49,726 nt of DNA from Pirellulales bacterium (GCA_035656655.1 DASRSE010000134.1:1-49726), one strand, 5' to 3'; shown: positions 26,121 through 36,184, numbered from the stretch's first letter. Notes: a model not told the origin generated them from the letters alone. Translations and numbers: made by a program.

Positions 26121-28400
26121 TTATTCTCGCGCGACTTCGCCAAAACGGTAAAATAGCTTTTCGAGCGAAATGGGCAATTCGCGCAGACGCTTTCCGGTCG
26201 CATGATAAATCGCATTGGCGACGGCGGCCGCCACCCCCACAATCGACAACTCGGCCAGCCCTTTCGTGCCCAGCGGATTGGTGTGCGCGTCCGTCTCGTC
26301 GACATAAAACGCCTCAAGCGCCGGAATGTCGGCGTGGACGGGGATGAGATAATCGGCCAGATTCGCGTTGATCACGCGGCCATTGCGAGAATCCCAGCGC
26401 GTTCCTTCGCGGAGGGCCATGCCGACGCCGCCAACCATGCCGCCGATCGCTTGGCTGTGCGCCGTTTTGGGATTGATGATCTTGCCAGCCGCCAGCGCCG
26501 TGACCATCCGGGCGATGCGCACAACCGCCAAATCGGGATCAACGCGGACCTCGACAAAATGAGCGCCGAAGGCATACATCGAAAATTTCTTCGCATCCGC
26601 GCCGGGTTCTGAATCGTGCGTCACCGCGAGCGATTCTTGACCGCTGCGCTTGAGGATGGCGGTTAAGGCTTCGCCTTGCTGCGGTTTGCCCTTCAGCGAC
26701 AACCGGCCGTCGCGGGCGACGATATCCGCTGCGGCGGATTGATGGAGCGGCGAGTCGGGGGCGTCCTTCGCCAACTCCCATAGCCGCTTGATCAGTTTTT
26801 GGCAGACTTCGTACACGGCCGAGCCAACGCTGGCCATCGTCATTGAGCCCCCTTGGGCCGGCGCTTTGGGAAGCCGCGTGTCTCCCAGTTCGAAGCGGAC
26901 TTTCGCCAGCGGCAAGCCGAGCGTTTGCGCGGCAATTTGCGTCATCGAGGTGTAGGTCCCAGGTCCAATGTCGCTGCTCGCCGAGCGGACCACGGCCGTC
27001 CCGTCGGCCGACAATTGCGCGGCCGCGCTGGCTTTTTGGCGATGGGCCGGCCAGGTGGCCGACGCCATGCCAAAACCGACCAATTGATCTCCGTCGCGCA
27101 TGGAACGCGGTTGCGGATTGCGCCGCTCCCACCCAAAACGTTTCGCTCCTTGAGCGTAACACTCCTTTAGTGACTTGCTCGAAAAGGGAAGTTTTTTCTC
27201 CGGGTCTTGATCGGCATGATTGAGCACCCGCAATTGAATCGGGTCGAGATTCAACTCGACCGCCAATTCGTCCATGGCCGACTCGAGCGCGTACATTCCG
27301 GTCGCCTCGCCTGGCCCGCGCATCGGCGTCGGCGAATTGACGTTCATGGCCGCGAGCCGATACTCCGTCCGCAAGCTAGGGCAAGCATACATAAAGCGGG
27401 TGCAATCCAAGGCGCTTTCGGCAAATTCCTCGTAGGTGGAGGTCTGGCCGATCGCCCGATGCTCAAGCGCCGCGATCTGACCCGTTTTGCTCGCCCCGAT
27501 CGAGACGTGCTGCTGGCAATGGGGCCGATAGCCAACCATGGTAAACATTTGCGCTCGAGTGAGTACGATCTTGACCGGGCGGCGCAGCGCGCGGGCGGCA
27601 AACGCCGCCATGAGCGTGTGCGGCCAAACGCGCAGACCCGAGCCGAACCCGCCGCCGACGAAGGGGCTGATCACGCGGACATCGTCACTCGCGATATCGA
27701 GCGCCAAGGCGACCTGTTTTTGCACATTGTCGACCCACTGCGTCTTGTCGTAGAGGGTCAGCTTGGGTCCGTCCCAGACCGCTAGCGTGGCGTGCAGTTC
27801 CATCGGGTTATGGGTTTCGGCGGCTTGCTCATAGGTTCGCTCGAGCTTGACCTCGGCGCGGTCGAAGTCGGCGCGAAAGTCGCCGCGCTCATACACGGAG
27901 TTCAATTTGGTCTTGGCGTCCTTGTCTTTCGATTTGGGCGAACTCGGCGGAAAGGCGCTTTTGGCGGCGACCGCAAACGACGTGACGCCGAGTTCACTTT
28001 GATACGTCGCCTTCACCAGCGCGGCGGCCGCAGTCGCTCGTTCAAAGGTATCGGCGATCACCAGCGCGATCGGCTGGCCATTCGAGCGAATCTGATTGTC
28101 CTGCAGCGGCGACAGCGGCTCGCCCACTTTCGGATCGACCCCCGGCCGTTCTTGCGGCTCTTGGGATTTCAACTTCGGCGCATTGTGATGGGTAAAGACG
28201 GCAATTACGCCGGACAGATTTTCGGCCGCGGTCGTGTCGAGCGATTTGATTTTTCCGCTCGCCACGGTGCTTCCCACGATCACGCCGTAGAGCGCGCCCT
28301 TGACGCGCGTATCCGCGGCATAGGTGGCTCGACCCGTCACCTTTAGCCGCCCATCGACCCGATCGAGCGGTTGGCCAAGAATCGTTTCCGCAGTCGCCAT
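26121..28400 (-). CDS. Xanthine dehydrogenase-family molybdopterin-binding large subunit (PaoC/YagR-like aldehyde oxidoreductase)
   Basis: 759 aa. The N-terminus LDRVDGRLKVTGRATYAAD and the length and architecture are typical. It follows the FAD and 2Fe-2S subunit genes. Confidence 0.9.
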   Translation of the reverse strand: MATAETILGQPLDRVDGRLKVTGRATYAADTRVKGALYGVIVGSTVASGKIKSLDTTAAENLSGVIAVFTHHNAPKLKSQEPQERPGVDPKVGEPLSPLQDNQIRSNGQPIALVIADTFERATAAAALVKATYQSELGVTSFAVAAKSAFPPSSPKSKDKDAKTKLNSVYERGDFRADFDRAEVKLERTYEQAAETHNPMELHATLAVWDGPKLTLYDKTQWVDNVQKQVALALDIASDDVRVISPFVGGGFGSGLRVWPHTLMAAFAARALRRPVKIVLTRAQMFTMVGYRPHCQQHVSIGASKTGQIAALEHRAIGQTSTYEEFAESALDCTRFMYACPSLRTEYRLAAMNVNSPTPMRGPGEATGMYALESAMDELAVELNLDPIQLRVLNHADQDPEKKLPFSSKSLKECYAQGAKRFGWERRNPQPRSMRDGDQLVGFGMASATWPAHRQKASAAAQLSADGTAVVRSASSDIGPGTYTSMTQIAAQTLGLPLAKVRFELGDTRLPKAPAQGGSMTMASVGSAVYEVCQKLIKRLWELAKDAPDSPLHQSAAADIVARDGRLSLKGKPQQGEALTAILKRSGQESLAVTHDSEPGADAKKFSMYAFGAHFVEVRVDPDLAVVRIARMVTALAAGKIINPKTAHSQAIGGMVGGVGMALREGTRWDSRNGRVINANLADYLIPVHADIPALEAFYVDETDAHTNPLGTKGLAELSIVGVAAAVANAIYHATGKRLRELPISLEKLFYRFGEVARE

Positions 28401-28425
28401 AGGGGCCTCAGTCGGTTTCGGTTTG

Positions 28426-29430
28426 TCAGACGCCGGCAGCCGTTTTCGCCAACCGTTGTTCGAGTGTCATCAGAGCGCGGCAGATCGTCCGTTGAATCAA
28501 GTCGACCTTGAAGCCGTTGTCCTTTTGCGGTTGGGCGCCTTTCACCGCGGCCCGGGCTGCCGCCGCGTAAGTTTTTTCGCCGACGGGCTGGCCCACGAGA
28601 GCTTGTTCCGCTGCGCTCGAACGCCACGGCTTGGTCGCCACCCCACCGAGCGCCACGCGGGCCGTCACAATCCGGTCGGCTTTGATCTCGAGCGCCACCG
28701 CCGCCGCCGACAGCGCGAAGGCAAACGAGTTGCGCTCGCGGACTTTCAGATAGTGCGAATTGCGGTACAGCGGCTGGAGCGGAAGTTCCACGGCCAGAAT
28801 CAATTCGTCCGGCTTGAGCGTCGTCTCCACCGCGGGGTTCTCGCCGTAAGCCACGTGAAAATCGCCGATCGGAATCCGCCGCTTCGCCTGCGGTCCTTGC
28901 ACTTCGACGATCGCGTCGAGGGCCGCCAGGGCCACGCACATGTCCGAGGGGTGCGTCGCGATGCAGAGTTTACTCACGCCGAGAATCGCATGTCCATGAT
29001 TATCGCCTTCGAGGGCCGCGCAACCGGAGCCAGGCTGGCGCTTGTTGCATTCCCAGACCGGATCGCGGAAATACGTGCAGCGCGTGCGCTGTAATAAGTT
29101 TCCGCCGACCGTCGCCATGTTGCGAATCTGGGCCGTGGCGCCGGCCAGCAGCGCCTCGGACAATACGGGAAAGTTCTCGAGTATCCGCGAGTCGTAAGCC
29201 AGGTCGCTGTTGCGGACCCCCGCGCCAATTCGAATCGCCCCGGCAACGCTCTCGATCTTGTTGAAGTGGAGATGGTTGATATCGAGCAACTGTGGATGGG
29301 CCTCGACATTCAGTTTCATGAAATCGAGGATGTTGGTGCCGCCGCCGAGACATTTCGCGCCGCTGCCGCCGGCGAGGGTTTGCACCGCGCCCTCGACCGT
29401 CGCCGCTCGAAGATAGTCGAAAGATTCCAT
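28426..29430 (-). CDS. FAD-binding subunit of the XDH-family enzyme (PaoB/YagS-like, CO dehydrogenase flavoprotein fold)
   Basis: 334 aa. The sequence FDYLRAATVEGAVQTL...LGGGTNILDFMK is typical. Confidence 0.9.
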   Translation of the reverse strand: MESFDYLRAATVEGAVQTLAGGSGAKCLGGGTNILDFMKLNVEAHPQLLDINHLHFNKIESVAGAIRIGAGVRNSDLAYDSRILENFPVLSEALLAGATAQIRNMATVGGNLLQRTRCTYFRDPVWECNKRQPGSGCAALEGDNHGHAILGVSKLCIATHPSDMCVALAALDAIVEVQGPQAKRRIPIGDFHVAYGENPAVETTLKPDELILAVELPLQPLYRNSHYLKVRERNSFAFALSAAAVALEIKADRIVTARVALGGVATKPWRSSAAEQALVGQPVGEKTYAAAARAAVKGAQPQKDNGFKVDLIQRTICRALMTLEQRLAKTAAGV

Positions 29431-29527
29431 GGCGCCGGCGTCCTCGCTCGTCAGAGATTCGATTCAGTTGACATTCGGTCGTCGGAAAAACGCTGGCTGC
29501 GAACGATCATGGTCGAATGGATCAGGT

Positions 29528-30268
29528 TCAACTTCGCGGCTTGGCGAGCACGTCGCGCGCGGCATGGACCGCCTGAACAATGTTCGAGTAGCAGCCGCAG
29601 CGACAGAGATTGCCGCTCATGAGCTCGCGAATTTCGTCGTCCGTATGCGCATGCCCTTCGGCGATCAGCCCCACCGCGGAACAAATCTGTCCCGAGGTGC
29701 AGTAGCCGCATTGAAAGCCATCGTGTTCGATAAAGGCCGCTTGGACCGGATGCAGCGTCTCGCCATTGGCGAGTCCCTCCACGGTGGTGATCGGCCCGCC
29801 CGCATGCATCGCCGCCAGCGTGAGGCAAGAATAGATTCGCCGGCCATTCACCAGAACCGTGCAGGCTCCGCATTGACCGTGGTCGCATCCCTTCTTGGTG
29901 CCAGTCAGGCCAATCTGCTCGCGGAGCGCGTCGAGCAGCGTCACGCGCGGCTCGAGTTCCAGGTGATACGTCTGACGATTAACTTGAAGCGCGAGCGACT
30001 GCGGCTTGCCGCTTTTCGACCCCGTGGCTGTTGGCCCATCGCCCGCGGCAAAATCACCCGCGGCAAACGTCGAAATGCTCGCCAAGCTGCTCGCCGTGGC
30101 GACCGTCTTGAGAAAATGGCGGCGCGTGAGATCGTCGCAGTCGTCCCCGTTGTCCAGCGAGACGCGATCCGCCGGATTTTCGAGGGCACCATCGCCCAGG
30201 CCAACCTTCCACGGACCGACTTCTTCTGGATCGCGATCCTCAGAATCATGGCGAAATGCGGGCGACAT
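29528..30268 (-). CDS. [2Fe-2S]-binding small subunit with a twin-arginine signal (PaoA/YagT-like)
   Basis: The Tat motif is TRRHFLK. The FeS motifs are CDHGQCGACTV and CGYCTSGQ...CRCGCY. I used the ATG at 30268, which has a GAGGA Shine-Dalgarno 8 nt upstream. The track start is at 30325. Confidence 0.88.
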   Translation of the reverse strand: MSPAFRHDSEDRDPEEVGPWKVGLGDGALENPADRVSLDNGDDCDDLTRRHFLKTVATASSLASISTFAAGDFAAGDGPTATGSKSGKPQSLALQVNRQTYHLELEPRVTLLDALREQIGLTGTKKGCDHGQCGACTVLVNGRRIYSCLTLAAMHAGGPITTVEGLANGETLHPVQAAFIEHDGFQCGYCTSGQICSAVGLIAEGHAHTDDEIRELMSGNLCRCGCYSNIVQAVHAARDVLAKPRS

Positions 30269-30624
30269 CCGATGCGTCCTCTTTTCAGGAAGGCTGAAGC
30301 CGGCAGTCCCGTTAGCAATTGGCATACCCAGCCGCTCGGTCTCGGGCTGTCGCTGGGAATTAATCGGGTTGGTTCATCATTGCGATGCCGGACCCAATGC
30401 GAAGGGGGATAGCGTTTGGTCGTAGCGCGTTCATCTTGGAGTTTTGCGGCCCAAGCGAGTCTAGGCGGGCGGCGGCCGCTGGCATGACGATTGCTTGCTC
30501 GAAGACGGATAATCCGCTGCTTGAATCGGCGTGGCCGGCCTGTCCGGAAGTCGGTTGCTGGCAACGGCACGGTCTGCCGCCGACCCTGCGCCATCGTCTG
30601 ACGTTTTTCCCTGAGCTTTTGCCT

Positions 30625-31830
30625 ATGAGCTTGCGACATGGAACGCCGCTTTGGCTGGCGCAAGGGCCGGCGCCGATCGAAACGCTTCCGCTGTCGAGCG
30701 ATGCGACCGCCGACGTGGCGATTCTCGGCGCCGGAATCACCGGGGCGCTGTTGGCGTACACGCTCGTCCGTAGCGGCTTTTCCGTGATCGTGCTGGATAA
30801 GCGGCCGCTCGGCACAGGGAGCACGGCGGCGAGCACCGGGTTGCTCCAATATGAAATTGACGTCCCCCTGCTGGAACTGATTGAGAAAGTGGGCGAAGCG
30901 CCCGCGGTGCACGCGTATCGGCGCGGGCTCGAGGCGATCAATGAACTTGAAAGCTTGGTTCGTTCACTGAATGCCGATTGCGGATTTGCTCGCTGCGACA
31001 CGCTCTATTTCGCGAGCCATTTTTGGCATCGCCACCGCCTCGCGCAGCAATATGAATGCTTGCGGCACTTTGGCTTTGACGTGGAGTGGCTTGACCGCGC
31101 GGGCTTGGCCGAAGCGACTTCGATCGCCGCCGCCGGGGCGATCCGCGCGCGGGGCGACGCGCAGATCGACCCGTATCGGCTAACGCAGGCCCTCTTGCAC
31201 CAGGCGATCGCACACGGAGCGCAAGCTTATAGCAATACGGAAGTGCTGGAAATCGCCGCCGACCAATCGCCCGCCGTGCTCCTGACCGGTTCGCATCGCG
31301 TGACCGCCGACAAGATCGTCTTCGCGACGGGTTACGATTCAAATCGCTATCTGCGAACGAAGCTCGGCAGCTTGCACAGCACGTTTGCCGTGGTCAGCGA
31401 GCCGCTGAAGTCGAACGCGGGCTGGCCGGCGGACTGCCTTCTTTGGGAAACCGCGCGGCCCTACTTCTACGCGCGGCGTTCCGAGGATGGCCGCGCAATC
31501 ATTGGCGGAGAAGACACCTCGTTTTCGTCGGACCATTACTCCGACCGGTTGATCGAGCACAAGGCCAAGAAGCTGGCCGAGCGATTTGCGGAACTCTTTC
31601 CGCAGATCGAATTCATTCCGGAGTTCGCCTGGGGAGGCGTTTTTGGCGAGAGCGCCGACGGCTTGGCCTATATCGGCCGGCCGCCCGACCAGCCGAATTG
31701 TTACTTTGCGATTGGTTACGGGGGCAACGGCATCACGTTCAGCGTCATTGCCGCAAACCTGATCCGCGATCAGTTGCTGCGGCGGCCCAACCCTGACGCT
31801 CATGTATTTGGCTTTGAACGGGCCACATAA
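30625..31830 (+). CDS. FAD-dependent oxidoreductase (DAO family)
   Basis: Internal ATG (MSLRHG...). The dinucleotide-binding motif is DVAILGAGITGALLAYTLVRSGFSVIVLDKR. The upstream 80 codons of the track ORF look non-coding. Confidence 0.85.
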   Translation: MSLRHGTPLWLAQGPAPIETLPLSSDATADVAILGAGITGALLAYTLVRSGFSVIVLDKRPLGTGSTAASTGLLQYEIDVPLLELIEKVGEAPAVHAYRRGLEAINELESLVRSLNADCGFARCDTLYFASHFWHRHRLAQQYECLRHFGFDVEWLDRAGLAEATSIAAAGAIRARGDAQIDPYRLTQALLHQAIAHGAQAYSNTEVLEIAADQSPAVLLTGSHRVTADKIVFATGYDSNRYLRTKLGSLHSTFAVVSEPLKSNAGWPADCLLWETARPYFYARRSEDGRAIIGGEDTSFSSDHYSDRLIEHKAKKLAERFAELFPQIEFIPEFAWGGVFGESADGLAYIGRPPDQPNCYFAIGYGGNGITFSVIAANLIRDQLLRRPNPDAHVFGFERAT

Positions 31831-31867
31831 GGAAGCGCCGACGAACTTGCCGCCGCGTCTGGGCTCC

Positions 31868-33442
31868 TTAGGAAGAGGCTTCTTCGAGGTGCAAATGGCC
31901 TTGCGCATCGATCGGATAGGCCTCGAGCGGCGTTTCCGCTGGACCGGCCAAAACGTCGCCCGACGCCTTGAATCGCGAGCCGTGGCACGGGCAATCCCAC
32001 GTTCCCTCGGCGCGATTCCAATGGACCAGACAGCCGAGATGGGTACAGACCGGCGAGACGGCCTGCAAAGTTCCATCGTCGCTCCGCGAGCAGGCGACCC
32101 GCTGACCGTCGAGCTTGAGGATTTTGCCTTCGCCCGGCTTTAATCCTTGGACGCTGTTTCCTTCCGCAGAACGTAGCCGATCCTTGATAAAATAGAGCGG
32201 AAAATCGAAGTTCTCTTGGAGATAATCCCAGGCACTGTGGCGAATTTTGGTGCGCTCGATCGAAAACAGATCTTGCCAAGGATTCTCGCGCCCGAGCGCC
32301 GCGTCGCAAGCCATCAGCCCGGCAAGGGTGCCAAACGTCAGGCCATTGCCCGCATAGCCAGTCGCGGCAAACTGATGCGGCGCGGTTTCGCCAAGGTAGG
32401 GGAGGCCATCATTCGTTTCGACGACCTGGCCCGACCAGCGATGGTCGAACTTCGCCTTCGGAAAGAGAGCCAGTAGCTTGCTCTTGAGCTTTTCAAAGCA
32501 GACTTCCGTGTCATCCACTTGGCCTGTCTTGTGATCCTCGCCGCCGTAGATGATTTCGGTTCCATTGCGGCCCGCATCAATCCGCACATAATCGTACGGA
32601 TCGTTCGTATCCCACAAGCTAATGTCAGGCAAGTCGTGTGTCTCGAGCGAGGCGCTGACCACATAGCTTGAATAAAGCGCCAGCTTGGATTGGAGAAAAG
32701 TCGCGCCGAGCAAACCGGCCGTGCCCATCAAGGGAACATGGGTCGCAATGACGAGATAGCCCGCGCGGATTTGATACGGGCCGCTTTTGACCACGAGCGG
32801 TTCGGCTTGGACCTCGCCCGCTTCGGTATGCTCGAAGATTTCGCAGCCATCGCCATGAATCGCTTTCGCTAACCCGGCCAGATAGGCGCGGGGTTGAAAT
32901 TTCGCTTGGTTCGAGAAACAAATTCCCGGCCGGTTGACGACCGGAACCGAATCGACGAACTCCGCGGCGAAGCCTAGCCGCTGGGCCAACTGCGCTTCTT
33001 CCGCCAGCTCGCGCGCTTCTTGTTCATCCGCGGCCGCATCGCGCTGCTCGCCGCGCGGAACTGGCACATGGAGATAGCCATCGCAACGCCGAAATTCGCA
33101 GCGAATATGCTGGTCGTCGCAAATGCGCTCGATGACCTCTTGCGCGACGCGGCCCGCCTGCCAGGTCAGGCCGGCTGCTTGCTCGCCGAAGCTCTTCACC
33201 AAGGCCGACAGTCGCTTGTCGGTCACATAAGTCAGATGCGCGGTCGTATAGCCCGTGTCGCCGGAACCAAGCCGGCCCCGTTCGAGCACTGCCACGGTCC
33301 GACCGGCCTGTTTGAGCATCCACGCGGCAGTCAGTCCCGTGACGCCGCCCCCGACCACGACGACATCGAAATCCGCATTGCGGTCGAGCTTGGCGTAGCG
33401 TGAAACGGGCGCTTTTTGCCAGAGTGGCGTTTTGTCGATCAT
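31868..33442 (-). CDS. FAD-dependent oxidoreductase (DAO family) fused to a C-terminal Rieske [2Fe-2S] domain
   Basis: The dinucleotide-binding motif is DVVVVGGGVTGLTAAWMLKQAGRTVAVLER. The Rieske motif is CTHLGC...CPCHGS. Start at the internal ATG (MIDKTP...). Confidence 0.88.
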   Translation of the reverse strand: MIDKTPLWQKAPVSRYAKLDRNADFDVVVVGGGVTGLTAAWMLKQAGRTVAVLERGRLGSGDTGYTTAHLTYVTDKRLSALVKSFGEQAAGLTWQAGRVAQEVIERICDDQHIRCEFRRCDGYLHVPVPRGEQRDAAADEQEARELAEEAQLAQRLGFAAEFVDSVPVVNRPGICFSNQAKFQPRAYLAGLAKAIHGDGCEIFEHTEAGEVQAEPLVVKSGPYQIRAGYLVIATHVPLMGTAGLLGATFLQSKLALYSSYVVSASLETHDLPDISLWDTNDPYDYVRIDAGRNGTEIIYGGEDHKTGQVDDTEVCFEKLKSKLLALFPKAKFDHRWSGQVVETNDGLPYLGETAPHQFAATGYAGNGLTFGTLAGLMACDAALGRENPWQDLFSIERTKIRHSAWDYLQENFDFPLYFIKDRLRSAEGNSVQGLKPGEGKILKLDGQRVACSRSDDGTLQAVSPVCTHLGCLVHWNRAEGTWDCPCHGSRFKASGDVLAGPAETPLEAYPIDAQGHLHLEEASS

Positions 33443-33585
33443 CGGTGCACCTGGAAAGCCGCCGAAAAAGGGCGGCAATTGCGGAAAGAGAAAAATCTCT
33501 CGCAACCGGTTGCAACCGACGTGCCGAAGAAAATGCCAGCCGCCGACCGGCAGAAGCCCCGTCCGGCGTGCTCATGGAGCGGAGC

Positions 33586-35028
33586 TCAGCCTCCCGCCAA
33601 GCCTTTACTCAACCCATCCAGCGCGGAGCCGGGAATCGAAATCTTGACTTTGAGTTTCGCGCCGTCCTGGCTGATCGAAATGCCTTTCAAGATTTGCTCG
33701 GCGGCCGGCGGGATTGTGCCGGGGGGCAACTGTCCACCCGAAACCGCGGCGAGCTGCGCATCGGCGAGGGTCTTGAGCTGGGTGGCAGCCGTGGCGTCGC
33801 GAAACAGGATGGTGACGCGGAGATTAATGTCCGAACCGACATCCCCTTCGGCAATTATGGAGATCACCTGCTTGGCATCGAACGGCAGACCGGGCGCGGC
33901 GCCCAGCAGCTTGCCTGCGACACAGACGCAGAGGGGGCTGTTGAAGTTGGCGTCGATGGTCGCATTCTGGATCGCCGGCGTGAGGCCGGCGGCGCTGCCG
34001 CGCTTTTGCACCATCTCGACGACATCTTTGGAACCGACCAAGATTGTCCGATCGTCGATCTTGGCCATCGCGAACTCGTCGCCCGCTTTGTTATCGCGTT
34101 TCAACGCATCGAAGTCGATGGGCTTCTTCGAGCGAATGATCGCGCAGCCTTTTTGATCTTTGGTGCCGCCGAAATAAATGTCTTCGATGTCTTCCGGCGA
34201 AAAACCGGCAGGCGCATCGGCCATCGCGGCCTGGGCTTGAGGAAGCCCCTTTAACGCCGCGGAAACATCGCCTTTCAGCTTTTGATAGAGGCCGCTTTTG
34301 GAAATCGCTTGCACATCGATGCGGCCGAGGAAATCGGGCGCGTCGGGCAGATAGCGCATCGCGGCCGTCAAGCCGGCGGCGCCGCTGTTCCCCTTGCCGC
34401 CGAGATATAAAAATGCGGTGACCGCGGCCAGCGCCAAGACCACGAGCGTCAATCCGCCCATGATCAAAGGAACTTTCATCGACACCGGCTGCTTGGCCAT
34501 GGCCGAGGTCCGCAGTGGCGGACCGCTGGCGACGCCCCCTAAATCCAAACCGCCAAATCCGCCCGCGTCATCCAGCGAAAACGGCAGGTCGCCTCCTACG
34601 GGCGCCGGCGCGGTCGGATGCGCCGCCGGCATGGCGGTCGGAACGGCTGCCCGCGCGGTCGGAACGGCTGCCCGCGCGGTCGGAACCGCTGCCGGAAATG
34701 CGCCTGGCGGCGGGGGGGCGGGTCGCGGAAAGGGAGGCGCGGGTTGCGGCGGCGGCAAGGGCGCGGCTCCGCGCGGGGCGGCCGGGCGCGGCGCAGGGGG
34801 ACGTGGCGGCGCGGCGGGTGCCGACGCCCGCGCTGCTGCGGGAGCGGCCGGAGAGGGCGCCTTGGGCGGAGCCGCGGTTGGCCCGGCCACAAGCCGCGCC
34901 GGCTGGCCGTTGGCCTGCGGAACTTGCAGCTTCGCCTTACAAGCTGGACAGCCCGCCACCTTGCCCGCGAAGGTGTCGGGCGCATTCAGAGAATGACCGC
35001 ACTGCGGACAAACGACTTTGATCGGCAT
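33586..35028 (-). CDS. Zn-ribbon / Pro-Ala-rich / single-TM protein with a C-terminal domain of unknown function
   Basis: The N-terminus is MPIKVVCPQCGHSLNAPDTFAGKVAGCPACKAKLQVP, followed by about 130 aa of low-complexity P/A sequence, the TM helix VPLIMGGLTLVVLALAAVTAFLYL, and a roughly 260-aa globular C-terminal domain. Confidence 0.7.
   Translation of the reverse strand: MPIKVVCPQCGHSLNAPDTFAGKVAGCPACKAKLQVPQANGQPARLVAGPTAAPPKAPSPAAPAAARASAPAAPPRPPAPRPAAPRGAAPLPPPQPAPPFPRPAPPPPGAFPAAVPTARAAVPTARAAVPTAMPAAHPTAPAPVGGDLPFSLDDAGGFGGLDLGGVASGPPLRTSAMAKQPVSMKVPLIMGGLTLVVLALAAVTAFLYLGGKGNSGAAGLTAAMRYLPDAPDFLGRIDVQAISKSGLYQKLKGDVSAALKGLPQAQAAMADAPAGFSPEDIEDIYFGGTKDQKGCAIIRSKKPIDFDALKRDNKAGDEFAMAKIDDRTILVGSKDVVEMVQKRGSAAGLTPAIQNATIDANFNSPLCVCVAGKLLGAAPGLPFDAKQVISIIAEGDVGSDINLRVTILFRDATAATQLKTLADAQLAAVSGGQLPPGTIPPAAEQILKGISISQDGAKLKVKISIPGSALDGLSKGLAGG
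34635..34694. repeat. In-frame 21-nt tandem repeat (cggtcggaacggctgcccgcg, two perfect copies plus a degenerate third) inside the 33586..35028 CDS
   Basis: Read directly. It encodes the AAVPTAR AAVPTAR AAVPTAM repeat. Confidence 0.8.
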
Positions 35029-35268
35029 GCAGAATCTCCGGAAGGCTTGCGCGCGCTGAATTCATCTATTCTGGTCAGGTAGCCAGGGCGCGTCAAGGAA
35101 ACTCGCGGCGCGCATGTGACGCGAAAAAACGCTGTTTTTTTGACAATTCGCGGCCGCGGCGAACCGCCGCGTGCGGTTGTGATAAGCTAGAGAGCCGGAC
35201 CCGCCCGTTTCTCACGTGCCTGGTTTCGCTCATTCCTGTTTCATCGTTGCTGGTCTCACTCGCTCGCC

Positions 35269-36117
35269 GTGTCGCACCGTTCCTTGATCGCCGTCGACAT
35301 TGGTAACACCCGAATGAAGTTCGGTTGGTTCTGCTTGGCCGATTTCGCGTCGTTCGGCGGCGAATTGGCCCCGCCGCGCGCGGAACTCGAGTTGCCAACA
35401 ACTGCTTGGTCGCCCGAGCAGATGCAAGCGTGGCTCGAACTTCTCGCCGCAGCGCCACGAGCGCCGGACCAAACTGAAGCGGCCGCGGAGCCTCGTTCGT
35501 GGCAGCAAATTCCTTGGCGGATTGGCAGCGTGCATCGCGCCGCGGCAGGCAAGTTGCTCGGCTGGCTGCGGAGCGAATTGCCGCGGGCGCCGGCGCGGCT
35601 CCTCACGCATGCCGATTTTCCGATCAAGTTGGCAGTCCAGTTTCCTGAGAAGCTCGGCATCGACCGCATTGCGGCGGCCGTCGCGGCGAACCGTCTCCGC
35701 GCGCCCGATCAGGCGGCGATCGTCGTTGACCTAGGGAGCGCCTTGACCGTCGATCTGATCTCGGCCGATGGCACATTTCGCGGCGGGGCGATCTTGCCCG
35801 GCATCGGCTTAAGCGCGCGCGCCTTGCACGAATTCACCGACCAACTCCCGCTGATTCCGCTCAGCGAGTTGGCCGAGCCGGTTCCGCCGCTCGGCGACAG
35901 CACGGTCGCAGCTTTGCGCGCCGGCTTGTATTGGGGCGCGGTGGGAGCAATGCGCGAGCTTATTGCGCGACTCGGGGCCGGGCTGTACCCTGCGCCGCAC
36001 ATCTTGCTGACCGGCGGCGCGGCGCCTGCGGTGGCCGGGCTGCTCGGGCCGGAGGTGCGGTACGTTGAGCATCTGGTGCTGCGCGGCATCGCCTTGGCAA
36101 ATGGATCGCGCGGTTGA
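35269..36117 (+). CDS. coaX: Type III pantothenate kinase
   Basis: GTG start. Characteristic sequences: LIAVDIGNTRMKFG, IVVDLGSALTVDLI, GGAILPGIGLSARAL and GDSTVAALRAGLYWG, with a large insertion after the first motif. Confidence 0.88.
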   Translation: MSHRSLIAVDIGNTRMKFGWFCLADFASFGGELAPPRAELELPTTAWSPEQMQAWLELLAAAPRAPDQTEAAAEPRSWQQIPWRIGSVHRAAAGKLLGWLRSELPRAPARLLTHADFPIKLAVQFPEKLGIDRIAAAVAANRLRAPDQAAIVVDLGSALTVDLISADGTFRGGAILPGIGLSARALHEFTDQLPLIPLSELAEPVPPLGDSTVAALRAGLYWGAVGAMRELIARLGAGLYPAPHILLTGGAAPAVAGLLGPEVRYVEHLVLRGIALANGSRG

Positions 36118-36184
36118 GCGCAATCGCCCGGACCTGGGCCCTCGGCGCCGCGGGCGGAATCCTGGGGCGCCGCACCGCGAGCGC

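Noticed and set aside
30269-30624. A 356-nt divergent intergenic region upstream of the pao-like operon, examined for a Moco riboswitch.
   Set aside because: I found one 6-bp stem (cccagc...gctggg) but none of the conserved Moco-motif sequence blocks I could recall. I cannot support a riboswitch call without a covariance-model search.
34611-34694. Short tandem repeats (here and at 24390-24485) considered as a mini-CRISPR or satellite.
   Set aside because: There are only 2-3 copies of a 13-21-nt unit with no unique spacers. They are in frame inside well-supported CDSs and encode low-complexity linkers.
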